Assembly: GCA_038247415.1 (NCBI GenBank)
Contig: JBBRUX010000007.1
Location: 1 to 64,000, forward strand
Length of the DNA: 64,000 bases
Direction of reading: 5' to 3'
Source: Chitinivibrionales bacterium
GTDB lineage: Bacteria; Fibrobacterota; Chitinivibrionia; Chitinivibrionales; WJKA01
The notes beneath the pieces are model-generated. The model ran no database searches and had not been told where the DNA came from. It saw nothing but the letters and a program-made list of their open reading frames with translations. Made by a program: the position numbers and the translations under genes. Of this stretch, positions 29,809 to 39,555 are shown in pieces (position 1 is the stretch's first letter; each line of letters starts with the position of its first letter).

Positions 29809-29827
29809 CCCGAAAGGATGATGTCAA

Positions 29828-31252
29828 ATGGTTTTTTCGTCACACATATTCATCTTCTACTTCATGCCGATTTTCTTCTTGATTTATTATCTCTTGCCGT
29901 TTAATTGGAAAGGGTTCTATCTCAAGAACAGTTTTATCACCATATCAAGTTATATTTTCTACGGCTGGCTTGTTCCTTGGTTTGTTGTGCTTATGCTTTT
30001 GTCTACTACGTGGGATTATTTTTGCGGCTTAGTTATCACCAAGCCGGGACAAGTCCAGTGGAAACGAAAAGCTGCGCTGCTTACAGCAATTATTGGTGAT
30101 ATGGGACTTCTTGTATTTTACAAGTACTACATGTTCACAATGGAAAATGTCAATGCCATGCTTGGGCTTTTGGGCATGGGTCCCGATATGTTCCCTATTA
30201 TGAATGTTATGCTTCCATCTGGTATTTCTTTTTATACCTTTGTTGCGCTATCCTATACGATCGACCTTTATCGTGGCGATGCAAAACAATCTCGAAATTT
30301 TCCAACATTCAGTTGCTTTATTGGATTGTTCCCGCATCTTATTGCTGGTCCTATTATCCGGTATCAATCGGTTGCCGATCAGCTTGGCGAACGTACTCAT
30401 ACTATTGATAAGTTTACCAGTGGTGCTGCAATATTTTGTTTGGGTATGGCCAAGAAAATTATTTTGGCAAACTCTGCAGGTCAAATTGCCGATGCTGTGT
30501 TTACAGCAGATAACCCGGGTGTTCTCAATGCATGGTGGGGTATTTTAGGGTATCACTTCCAGATTTATTTCGATTTTTGCGGCTACTCAGATATGGCCGT
30601 AGGGTTGGCTCGCATGCTGGGTATTGAGTTTATTAAAAACTTCAATGCACCGTATATGGCAACAAATATTACGGTGTTCTGGCGAAGGTGGCACATATCG
30701 CTTTCTGCGTTTATTCGGGATTATCTCTATATCCCACTCGGTGGAAACCGGTTTGGCACAACGCGTACCTATTTCAATTTGGTGCTTACCTTTTTCCTCT
30801 GCGGTTTGTGGCATGGTGCTAAAATGACGTTTGTCATTTGGGGTGTGTATCAGGGTGTGTTCCTTATCCTTGAACGTCTCAGCGGCAAGAAGACCGTGTA
30901 TGGTTTTCTTCCAAACTTCATGCAAATTATAATAACGAATATTATAGTGATGTTTGGATGGGTCATGTTCCGGGCTCCTTCTATCGATCAGGCATTAGCC
31001 TATTGGGGGTCAATGGTTGGAATGGTTCAAGCCTCGGTAGCAGCGCCTATTTTGTCGTCTGAAATCTTTTCGCCACGGCATATTTTTGAAATCGCAGTGT
31101 GCGCATTGGCAACATTTCAGCCTATACAGGCGCATGATTGGGTTAAAAATCTGTCAAAGCCAAAACTTGTGGTTTGCAGTCTATTGTTTTTGTATTCAAT
31201 CATTGTGATGTTTACTCAGACATATAACCCATTCCTTTACTTTCAGTTCTAA
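29828..31252 (+). CDS. MBOAT O-acyltransferase, AlgI/PatA type
   Basis: MVFSS, FYKY, GISFYTF, FPHLIAGPI, QIYFDFCGYSDMA, FWRRWHISLS, GLWHGA, PFLYFQF. Confidence 0.95.
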   Translation: MVFSSHIFIFYFMPIFFLIYYLLPFNWKGFYLKNSFITISSYIFYGWLVPWFVVLMLLSTTWDYFCGLVITKPGQVQWKRKAALLTAIIGDMGLLVFYKYYMFTMENVNAMLGLLGMGPDMFPIMNVMLPSGISFYTFVALSYTIDLYRGDAKQSRNFPTFSCFIGLFPHLIAGPIIRYQSVADQLGERTHTIDKFTSGAAIFCLGMAKKIILANSAGQIADAVFTADNPGVLNAWWGILGYHFQIYFDFCGYSDMAVGLARMLGIEFIKNFNAPYMATNITVFWRRWHISLSAFIRDYLYIPLGGNRFGTTRTYFNLVLTFFLCGLWHGAKMTFVIWGVYQGVFLILERLSGKKTVYGFLPNFMQIIITNIIVMFGWVMFRAPSIDQALAYWGSMVGMVQASVAAPILSSEIFSPRHIFEIAVCALATFQPIQAHDWVKNLSKPKLVVCSLLFLYSIIVMFTQTYNPFLYFQF

Positions 31253-31269
31253 CATAAGGATTTTTCGTC

Positions 31270-32937
31270 ATGGAAAGAAAAGCTCAAATAATATTCGTAG
31301 TGTTCTTTTGCTTCGTAATGGGCTTTGTGCCTATTGCGCAAGCAGTATACGAACTTAAAAAGATCAAGCGCATCCAGGCATTCGAAATGATCGAAGATGC
31401 GACCGTTGTTCCGTATCAGCGAGCTAAAACAATGGCTGCTGCAGCCCAGCGTCTTGACGTACAAGCGCAGGCACTCTCTGCTGCGGTAACAAAAGCTGCT
31501 GGCGATTCGGTGTTTGATGGAAGTGCCTTTTCTACGCAAACCGACGAAATCGGGTTCGCACTGGGTGAACTCCAAAAGAGTGCTGAAACGATCAATCGTT
31601 ATGTAAAAGAAAAAGCAACTACTCCAGAGATGCATGAGATTATAGTTCTTCAAAAAGGACTCGATTCCCTATCGAAGGCAATCTCAAATGCTTCAACAGC
31701 ACAAGAGGCTCTAGCAGTATCAACTGCATATGAAGTGCGTGCAAAGGCACTGGTTGCAAAACATCCCAAGCCAACCACAGCATCGGCATTTCCTCTTATA
31801 GTAAAGAATTTGCCAAATATGTTTTGGGATGCGGTGTATTTGCGTCCCTACGAAAAGGAAATGGAAAATACTTCTATTTTCGCAGTTGCCGCGCGGCCGG
31901 TCATGCTTTTTACGCGCTATGCAATTTTTCAGGATTTGGGTGATAAGGCTCTTTTAGGACAGAAAAACTGGTTCTTTTATAAGCCAGACGTTCAGTTCCT
32001 TTCTAAGCCTTATATCCTTGCTGCGCGCAATTATTTGCCAGAACACAGCAACGTTGCGGATCCTAACCTCTTATCTGTTAAAGAGGAGCCAATTAAAAAG
32101 ATCGCCCTCTTCCGCGATGAATTAAAGAGACTGGGAATAGATCTTATCGTTGTTGTTCTTCCTACTAAGGCGTCAGTGTATCCAGAAGTGCTTAATCCTA
32201 AAATTTCAAAGGATCTGTCGGGGAAATTGAGCCACTCTACAAAATCAATTGCAGAATTACGTGCGATGGGTGTAGAATGCGTCGATCTCTTTTCCGAATT
32301 TGCAAAGGAACGCCAGAACGATGAACGTGCGGGAGACTCGCTTTATTTGGCAAAAGACACTCACTGGCGTGGGCGCGGTGTGCGTTGCGCTGCTAAGGCT
32401 GTTGCAGATCGAATAAAGCAGTATTCTTGGTATACTCCCGGAACAACTACTTTTGAGATCGATACCATTATGGTAGACCGTGTTGGAGATATTGGATCTA
32501 TGACAAAAATCACTGATGTCAAGTTTCATGACCTTCGCACAATTTTCCCCGTTGAAGCTACTAAATGCTATCAGGTTTACAAAGTTGAAAATGATTCAGC
32601 AGGTAATCAGATTTCCCGTGCTTTGTATAGAGATGATTATGCTCGCTCCCAAGTATTGCTTTTGGGCGATAGCTTCTCGCGTATCTATCAAACAGATGCT
32701 CCTATGAGCGCAGGATGGATTTCTCATATTGCTGCTGAACTTGAGCAACCAATTGCCTCTATCGTTTCGGATGGTGGAGCATCGACACTTGTTCGTGAGA
32801 CACTTGCCCGTAAGGTAAATGTATTACGCAATAAGAAAGTGGTTGTATGGGAATTTGTAGAACGCGATTTCAGATATGGTGCCGAAGGTTGGAAAGATAT
32901 TAAGCTCGATCTGAAGCAGACTGCATCTGCAGAATAA
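31270..32937 (+). CDS. AlgJ/AlgX-type SGNH-like O-acetyltransferase, membrane anchored
   Basis: N-terminal TM, G..NWFFY, PTKASVYPE, KDTHW (DxH) and LLGDSF catalytic motifs, VWEFVER. Confidence 0.85.
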   Translation: MERKAQIIFVVFFCFVMGFVPIAQAVYELKKIKRIQAFEMIEDATVVPYQRAKTMAAAAQRLDVQAQALSAAVTKAAGDSVFDGSAFSTQTDEIGFALGELQKSAETINRYVKEKATTPEMHEIIVLQKGLDSLSKAISNASTAQEALAVSTAYEVRAKALVAKHPKPTTASAFPLIVKNLPNMFWDAVYLRPYEKEMENTSIFAVAARPVMLFTRYAIFQDLGDKALLGQKNWFFYKPDVQFLSKPYILAARNYLPEHSNVADPNLLSVKEEPIKKIALFRDELKRLGIDLIVVVLPTKASVYPEVLNPKISKDLSGKLSHSTKSIAELRAMGVECVDLFSEFAKERQNDERAGDSLYLAKDTHWRGRGVRCAAKAVADRIKQYSWYTPGTTTFEIDTIMVDRVGDIGSMTKITDVKFHDLRTIFPVEATKCYQVYKVENDSAGNQISRALYRDDYARSQVLLLGDSFSRIYQTDAPMSAGWISHIAAELEQPIASIVSDGGASTLVRETLARKVNVLRNKKVVVWEFVERDFRYGAEGWKDIKLDLKQTASAE

Positions 32938-33027
32938 CAGCTCTTTTGTTCTTCACATGCTTTGTGCATGTGGAAAATGATGCGTAAGAGGTTTCGTATG
33001 ATATATTTTCTGAACATCTGAATAACT

Positions 33028-33067
33028 GCGCGCAATCTTTTTAAAAGATTGCGCGCTTTGCTTTTTT
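33028..33067 (+). terminator. Hairpin with T tail inside the operon (terminator or attenuator)
   Basis: GCGCGCAATCTTTT / AAAAGATTGCGCGC inverted repeat at 33028-33056 followed by TTTGCTTTTTT. Confidence 0.5.
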
Positions 33068-33083
33068 ACCAAAAGGAGTAACT

Positions 33084-35090
33084 ATGGGACTTCATCGGAA
33101 TCTGGTTCTTGGCATTGGTATATATGCAACCGTTGCAACTGCAGCTGTTACACCGGTGTATACTGAACTTGCACCTAAATTTATTCTTAACAAGTCGCGA
33201 GCAACGGTTCGCGAAATTGCTAAGCCAACTATGGCAAATCTCGATTTTACTGCATACGATAAAAATCCTGTGCGCCTCGATTTTAAAGCTCAAAAGCCAA
33301 AGATGCCTGCTGCAAAGGTTACCTTTGCAGACCTAGGCTACGATGGCGCACTTTCTGATGTTGTTGACAGCGTTGGAAAAACACCTCTTACCGAAGCAGA
33401 ACTCTCTAATCCTCTTGCATGGAAGCCATTAAGTGAAAGGCTCTGGAAAGCAATAAAAAATCCATTCTTTGCCGAAGTTACCGGCAAGATCGAAGGTAAG
33501 AAATGGGCAGATCCTGCGATACCAAAACCGTATCAGGAAATTGCAGTTGCCTATGTGCATAAAACAACCGCCGGTGTTGAACTTTGGGTACGCATCGATT
33601 TTCCTGCTTGGTCAAAATTTTTGGCGCCCCGTGGCGCCGATGAAAATAAGGACGGTTTTTGCGAAGTGTACGGAAAGCTTTCTCTTGATAAACTTGATAA
33701 AGAAGTATGGGCAAAAGCTCTTGCTTATATCGAACAAGATTATTGTGTAAAGGTTCTTTCTAAAGACGAAATTACCGATTGGGTTACAATTCTTGCATCG
33801 TATTGGTATCCTGCTTTTAACACAGATATCATTGATATGACCAATGAAACTGCATGGCCCATAAAAGATACCGATAAAGACGTAGCTAAAGCACTTAAAG
33901 GTTTTAGCGTTAAGAATCCAACTGCAGTTGTAAAGGGAAATCCTTTTGGCAAGCTCATGTATAATGTGTATGTTGTTAAGGAACAAGATGGAGCAGTTGC
34001 CCCTGTTGTCCACGAGCAAGCCGCAGCTGCGCCCGTTGCTGCAATTATTGACAAAAGGGCAGATACCGCAGTTTCTGCGAATATGAAGGCTAATTCTACG
34101 CGCCTTGCTGCCGAAATTAAGCCATTTATAACCTATGAGGCTTGGGCAAAACAAAATGCTGCCGGGCTTGGTAATCTTAAAACCTTTTTAGGAACTATTC
34201 CAGCAGAGCAGATGGGTTTTGAAGGTAAAGACAATTGGGTATTCTTTCGTAAATCATGTGACTATATTTTGGGTGGCGATCTGAATGCTCAGGCAAAAGA
34301 TAAAAATCCCATACCTTCGCTTGTTGAGCTTAAAAAGTTCCTTGCATCAAAGGGTGTAAATCTTTTGTTTGTTCCCGTACCCAATAAAGAAGAAGTTTAC
34401 TACGATAAGCTTCCTTGTACCACGATCCCCGACGCTGCGGCAGTGTATAATCCTTATTCTCGCAAGTTTATCAAGGATGCTCAGGATGCTGGTATCGAAG
34501 TAATTGACTTGCTTCCACTGTTTCTTGCAGCAAAAGCAAAAGACAAGGACTCAAAAGAAAAGGTGTATCAGTTACATGATACCCATTGGACAGATAGGGG
34601 ATTGGAGATTGCTGCAACAGCTATTGCAGACCGCGTAAAACAGTATGGCTGGTATAGTTCCATTACGCCTGCTAAATATTCGATTGTCGATACCACTTTT
34701 GATCGTCAGGGTGATATTGTTGATAAATTGCCCGATGCGCTTAAGTCTAAATATGCACCTGTCAATCTTAAGGGTGCAATGGTCCGCGCTGCCGATGGAA
34801 AGCCCTATAAGGGTGCTGCAACAGACCCAATCATTCTAATGGGTGATAGTTTTACGGGCGTTTTTGAATCGGTCGACTGCAAGAGCGCTGGCGTTGGTGC
34901 TCATATTGCAGCTAACTCTGGTGTTGGTGTTGATATCATCACCAGCTGGGGCGGTGGCCCTGGTGTTCGCAACAAGATGCTTCGTGCTCGTTCTACAGCT
35001 CTCGGGCAGAAGCGCCTGGTTATTTACATGATGGTAGCTCGCGATTTGTATAATTATTCTCAGTCGTGGGAACCGCTTAAGCCAGAATAG
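33084..35090 (+). CDS. AlgX/AlgJ-type SGNH-like O-acetyltransferase with large uncharacterised N-terminal domain
   Basis: Signal peptide; GKDNWVFF, PVPNKEEVY, HDTHW, LMGDSF motifs in the C-terminal half. Confidence 0.83.
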   Translation: MGLHRNLVLGIGIYATVATAAVTPVYTELAPKFILNKSRATVREIAKPTMANLDFTAYDKNPVRLDFKAQKPKMPAAKVTFADLGYDGALSDVVDSVGKTPLTEAELSNPLAWKPLSERLWKAIKNPFFAEVTGKIEGKKWADPAIPKPYQEIAVAYVHKTTAGVELWVRIDFPAWSKFLAPRGADENKDGFCEVYGKLSLDKLDKEVWAKALAYIEQDYCVKVLSKDEITDWVTILASYWYPAFNTDIIDMTNETAWPIKDTDKDVAKALKGFSVKNPTAVVKGNPFGKLMYNVYVVKEQDGAVAPVVHEQAAAAPVAAIIDKRADTAVSANMKANSTRLAAEIKPFITYEAWAKQNAAGLGNLKTFLGTIPAEQMGFEGKDNWVFFRKSCDYILGGDLNAQAKDKNPIPSLVELKKFLASKGVNLLFVPVPNKEEVYYDKLPCTTIPDAAAVYNPYSRKFIKDAQDAGIEVIDLLPLFLAAKAKDKDSKEKVYQLHDTHWTDRGLEIAATAIADRVKQYGWYSSITPAKYSIVDTTFDRQGDIVDKLPDALKSKYAPVNLKGAMVRAADGKPYKGAATDPIILMGDSFTGVFESVDCKSAGVGAHIAANSGVGVDIITSWGGGPGVRNKMLRARSTALGQKRLVIYMMVARDLYNYSQSWEPLKPE

Positions 35091-35132
35091 TTTTTTGTTT
35101 TTTTTTGGTTTGAGTTTGAAATGTTTTTGTAA

Positions 35133-35171
35133 AGGGTGTCCACTAGAATTTCTCGTGGGCACCTTTTTTTT
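35133..35171 (+). terminator. Rho-independent terminator
   Basis: AGGGTGTCCAC / GTGGGCACCT stem (with G-U pairs) followed by a T run, just after the cluster's last gene. Confidence 0.7.
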
Positions 35172-35408
35172 CGCCCTTGGCTGGTTCTGGTATGTCAGTT
35201 CTAATGGATATCCAATTTTTCCCCACTGCTCGCCCTTCCTCAAAAATAAGCATAGCGTACAATACTTCGGCAGCTTGGCATCCTCAATATCTGGCAAAAA
35301 GATGCGTCTGGATATACATTAAATAATGCGTTATCTAATGGTTTAAGAATTTTGGCGCTTCATACAACGTACTACCACTTAAAACCGCCTTGAAAAGAGG
35401 TTCAAACT

Positions 35409-36170
35409 ATGTTTGTTCAACGCAGTGCTTCCTTAAAGACTGGGATACTTGTATGTTCTATGCTCTCGTCGCTGTTTGCCTACGAATCATCGCTTAATAA
35501 TCTTGTTGTTCCGTCAACAATTGAATCTCCGAGCCTAGAAGCTACATTTGAGCATCGATTTGGGCGTGCTCTTGGCATGTCGGCACATGGTGGCAGCATT
35601 ATGGGAGGCGCAAATATCGGGCTTGGTATGCGAGGAGAAATCTGGAAGGGGATTGGTGCGACCTTTTACTATACCTATCGGAATAATGAATTTGATGGAG
35701 CTGTTACCTATTCTCAAAGTGTAGATTTTTTGCAATTAGATATATTGGGTTCGATACATGCATTTACGTATCAAAAAAGTGAATGGAACAATTTCAGGGC
35801 AACAAACGCTGCGTATGATATTGCGCTTCAATCGAAACCATTGCTCTTTGATCATCTCGTCCTCAATGCAGGCATGAATTATGATGGCTATAATGCTCAT
35901 GTAGGATTAGGTCTTGGAACTACAGTACAAATTATAGAAAAAGTTGCGCTTGTGGGAGAACTTTTCCCATTAATTCCAAACGCCTCCAATGTAAATATTG
36001 GGTCAAAACCATGTTTTTCGGCAGGTATTAAATACGATACCTACGGACATCATTTTAAATTGTCGGTTGCAAATTCCACAGAGCTTGGTCAACGGCATGC
36101 AATGCTTGGCACGAATTCCAAAAATGTGTACTTCGGTTTTTCGATTCAACGACACGTTTCTTTTGAGTAA
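35409..36170 (+). CDS. Outer-membrane beta-barrel protein (DUF5777-like)
   Basis: Signal peptide, FEHRFG, GGANIGLG, TYGHHFKL...N, YFGFSIQR. Confidence 0.65.
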   Translation: MFVQRSASLKTGILVCSMLSSLFAYESSLNNLVVPSTIESPSLEATFEHRFGRALGMSAHGGSIMGGANIGLGMRGEIWKGIGATFYYTYRNNEFDGAVTYSQSVDFLQLDILGSIHAFTYQKSEWNNFRATNAAYDIALQSKPLLFDHLVLNAGMNYDGYNAHVGLGLGTTVQIIEKVALVGELFPLIPNASNVNIGSKPCFSAGIKYDTYGHHFKLSVANSTELGQRHAMLGTNSKNVYFGFSIQRHVSFE

Positions 36171-36191
36171 ATGATTGACAATCTGTGAGTC

Positions 36192-37320
36192 CATCACGGA
36201 GAGGTTTTAAAAGTAGCTGCCACAGCGTTAAGCTCATCGCCAAGTTTGGCCAAATCGTTTGATTGGCTGCGCTCTCTAGATTTCCTACAAGTTCTTTGGC
36301 CTCACGAGACTGGACATCTGCTTCTGCAGCAATATTCGATTCATCGCGACATGCTTTTTGAACTTCTGCAAGGGATGCACTCATTTCTTCGATGGCCGAT
36401 GCAACGGTGTTGACATTAGAAGAAATGCTTTCGCTTGCAACCGCAATTTGGTTGACATTAGTTTCAACAAGGCTAGCCGACGACGAAACCGAGGAAGATT
36501 CCTGATTCATACGTTGTGCAGTTGCGGTTAAAGTAGTGGTTGCTTCGCGCACTTCAGTGGTGTTTTTGGAGAGTGCTATGGCGCCTTCTTTTATGCGGCG
36601 TACCATGTTCCCTAAATTTGTTGTAGTAGTTTGTAAAGCACGTGAAATGTGGGCAACTTCGTCGTTGCCTGTGGTGGTAACCTGCACCGTAAGGTCGCCA
36701 TTACCAATTTGTTCCATATCTTTTAACAAAGCGCGTATCGGCATGGTAATAGATGCTATTATTGAAATTGCCAAAAGGATAAAAAGTAATGAGGCTCGAA
36801 TCGTAGGTTCTTAAATAGCCCTGAGCAGCTGCTTGACGCTTAAATACATTTGCGTCCATTTCCAAAGCATGCTCACGTAATCGTATTGCATTTTCTAAAG
36901 AGTTTGTTGCAAGAGCTTGCAGCCCTACTCCAATAAGTAGCGCCGCTAGGCCGGATGCTGCAAAAACAATCAGGCGCGCTCGTAAAGAGTATCGCGCCGA
37001 TAGGGCAACAAATTTCGTAAGAAAAGTAGGCATTGAAGCATTCGTCATTGTGCTGTGGTCTTTTGGATTTCTTCGAGGGTCATATCATACACGCCGCAGC
37101 CTACGACTACGGGGATGCCATCTATAGTTGCTTTTTTAACATACGATACTTTGAGAGAACGTTCGGTTGCACCAGGTTTAGGCCACATATAATCGATCCA
37201 GCCAGATCCTTTTTCTTTGCATATGGCAATCATATCAACAAAAAAAGCGTTTGCCATTCGAATCTTTAAGACCCAAAAGATCTTGTCCTTCCATACCTGT
37301 CATTTCTGCGGGAGGATGGC
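36192..37320 (-). pseudogene. Fragmented Cache-sensor and methyl-accepting chemotaxis protein remnants
   Basis: Cache segment (GQDLLGLKDSNG / GWIDYMWPKPG..K.SYV) broken by a frameshift at an A7 run near 37240; TM fragment; HAMP plus the start and end of an MCP domain with the central signalling hairpin missing. Confidence 0.75.
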
Positions 37321-37346
37321 AAGCGATTTGGTGAACTATGCTTTTA

Positions 37347-38222
37347 TTACAATAGGGCTTTGCGAAGAACCACAAGGTTAGATTCCATTATTTGTAAGTA
37401 AGCATTAGGAGAATTAGGCCCACTTACAGCAGGATCGAGAGTCCAAATGGTTGCACCTGTTTCTTGTGCAATGGTTTGAGCTGCCTTAAGGGAGTATTGG
37501 GGTTCGGCAAAAAGAGCTTTGATTTTTGATGCGCGGATTATTCGAATAGTTTGGGCCAGATCCCGTGCGCTGGGTTCTGAGCCTGGTTCGCGCTCGATAA
37601 CAGCAGCTACGGTGAGGTTAAATTCCTGCGCAAAATACGGAAAAGCCTCATGAAAGGTAATTATTGAGCGGTTTGAGAGAGGCGCAAGTGCCTCATGCAT
37701 TTTTTGCTGAAGCGTTTTGAGTTTCAACACATAGATGTCGCAGTTTGCTGCATAGCGTGTTGCATTGACAGGGTCAAGCCGCGAGAGTGCGGATGCAATG
37801 TTTTTTGTTTGTGCAATGGCGCCTGCTATTGACACAAATATATGAGGATTTTCGCCGGTATTGCCTTCACCCATAATAAATTGTAAATCCTTGCTTGCAT
37901 TTATGATGGTGAGGTTTGGGCGTGAGCTCATAGCTTTGCTCATAAACGACTCCATACCGCCACCATTTATTACCATGACCCATGCGGTTGAAAGTGTTTT
38001 CATGTCGGTGGGGGTAAGTTGGTAATCATGCAAACAGCCCGATTGCGGTTTTGTCATGTTGACAACAGTAATCCCTGATACGTTTTGGGCAACATTAAGC
38101 GTGGTGATATACATGGGGTAGAATGATGTGAGGATTATGCGGTTGACAGGTTTGGTCTCTGCTGCATGAAGATGGGATGCAAAAAAGAGAAGTGTTAGCA
38201 GTGTAATGAGATGTTTTCGCAT
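37347..38222 (-). CDS. Metal ABC transporter substrate-binding protein (ZnuA/TroA family)
   Basis: TSFYPMY, CLHDY, NPHIF, FHEAFPYF, EPS, LDP; signal peptide from ATG 38222. Confidence 0.9.
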   Translation of the reverse strand: MRKHLITLLTLLFFASHLHAAETKPVNRIILTSFYPMYITTLNVAQNVSGITVVNMTKPQSGCLHDYQLTPTDMKTLSTAWVMVINGGGMESFMSKAMSSRPNLTIINASKDLQFIMGEGNTGENPHIFVSIAGAIAQTKNIASALSRLDPVNATRYAANCDIYVLKLKTLQQKMHEALAPLSNRSIITFHEAFPYFAQEFNLTVAAVIEREPGSEPSARDLAQTIRIIRASKIKALFAEPQYSLKAAQTIAQETGATIWTLDPAVSGPNSPNAYLQIMESNLVVLRKALL

Positions 38223-38304
38223 TGTGATAGTCCTTGGTTCCATATTTTTTTTACTTCCCTTGCCCACGGGCGTGAGGGATTATCGAATAGATCATGACCC
38301 CTCC

Positions 38305-38365
38305 CACTTCGACCCTTCGACGGGCTCAGTGCAACGCCTGGCCCCTCTCTCCAAGAGAGAGGGGG
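38305..38365. repeat. REP-like palindromic elements
   Basis: CACTTCGAC-CCTTCGACGG-GCTCAGTG followed by a perfect hairpin CCCCTCTCTC-CAA-GAGAGAGGGG (38342-38364). Confidence 0.5.
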
Positions 38366-38569
38366 ACTTGACCCAAAAAACGCTTTGGATAGAGCTCTAA
38401 TTCCCCAAAAAAACTACGGAATTGTAAAAGAATTTGTCATCGACTGCGTTACACTTCCCCGTGGATCTTTAAGGCTTATCCGCCACAAAACATCTCCCGT
38501 GATAGTTTTCTTAAAACCGTAACGACGTTTAGTGTTTGTTTCATATTTCATAGAGGTATTCCTTCCCGC

Positions 38570-39448
38570 CTAAAACAGGAATGTTAACGAGAACGCTGTA
38601 AAACCAACAGCCCCAGACATCAGACATGCATTTCCGATTAAAGCTGCACGATCTCGCTTGTCGCCAAGGGAGGTTACTGTGGGAGTGGCTTTTTGGTATT
38701 GGGTATTGTAAACAGCTGAGGCAATAAGGGATCCCGCTGCAATTCCGAGTGATACAGATCCAAATACTGCGGTTGCTACGCGTGGTGGCCGCAACCATGT
38801 CTTGACTTTTGGGGTTGTCAGATTTTTTTGCGGAGAGGCATGTATATCAGGACTTGTCACCGTGGTTCTGTGAATAGTAAGTTTTTGGACAATCCCTTCG
38901 CGAGGAATATCTAGAGGCTTTGAGTTGAGGGTTATTTTGCCGATATTGTTATCTGCAAAGGCGACAGTATCTAAGTGCACTTCGGTATTGTTTGAGTCGA
39001 TAACAATGCCATAATCTGAACCGCGAATAATGGTATGTTTAAATCGCACTATTCCGCCCTGCTCTACATAAATTCCTGCCCAACGTTTGCCATCGGGTTT
39101 GGTTGTCCACGGGCATTCCTTCGCAAGAAGTTGTCTAAAGAGAATGCTTTTTGATTCTGTTCCGCTGCATACCAAGGTGCCTCGAATACGAATAGCTGCA
39201 TTTTGTGCCATAAGACATTCGGTTCCAGCAGCGAGGGTCATTGTTTTCTCTTTGTCAATAATAATATCATGAAGAATTAAAAACTTTTGGCTATCGTATT
39301 CTCCATCTTGAAGGGTATCGACCATAGGAGTATAGCCAGGACAGCGCGGTACCTGATCAATTTCGTTTGATTGAGAATATGCTAAAGAAAAGAGAAGTAC
39401 TATTGAGGAATAAAAAAATGAACATGATAAAAACCGCAGTTTCCCCAT
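38570..39448 (-). CDS. Exported hypothetical protein with pectin-lyase-like beta-helix segment and C-terminal hydrophobic helices
   Basis: Signal peptide; IRGTLVCSGT..SILF and WAGIYV pattern; C-terminal TM-like segments. Confidence 0.55.
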   Translation of the reverse strand: MGKLRFLSCSFFYSSIVLLFSLAYSQSNEIDQVPRCPGYTPMVDTLQDGEYDSQKFLILHDIIIDKEKTMTLAAGTECLMAQNAAIRIRGTLVCSGTESKSILFRQLLAKECPWTTKPDGKRWAGIYVEQGGIVRFKHTIIRGSDYGIVIDSNNTEVHLDTVAFADNNIGKITLNSKPLDIPREGIVQKLTIHRTTVTSPDIHASPQKNLTTPKVKTWLRPPRVATAVFGSVSLGIAAGSLIASAVYNTQYQKATPTVTSLGDKRDRAALIGNACLMSGAVGFTAFSLTFLF

Positions 39449-39555
39449 TATCAGGAAGCCTTCGAAAAGTGGGCGTGAAAAATATTTTCAATATAAGTTA
39501 TGCTAGTAAGAAAATATACGATGGGTTGCTGATTGTGGAAGGATTATAGCAAGTT

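Noticed and set aside
38270..38570. Cobalamin or metal riboswitch upstream of the ZnuA-like gene
   Set aside because: I could not find the conserved core motifs by eye; an Rfam search would settle it
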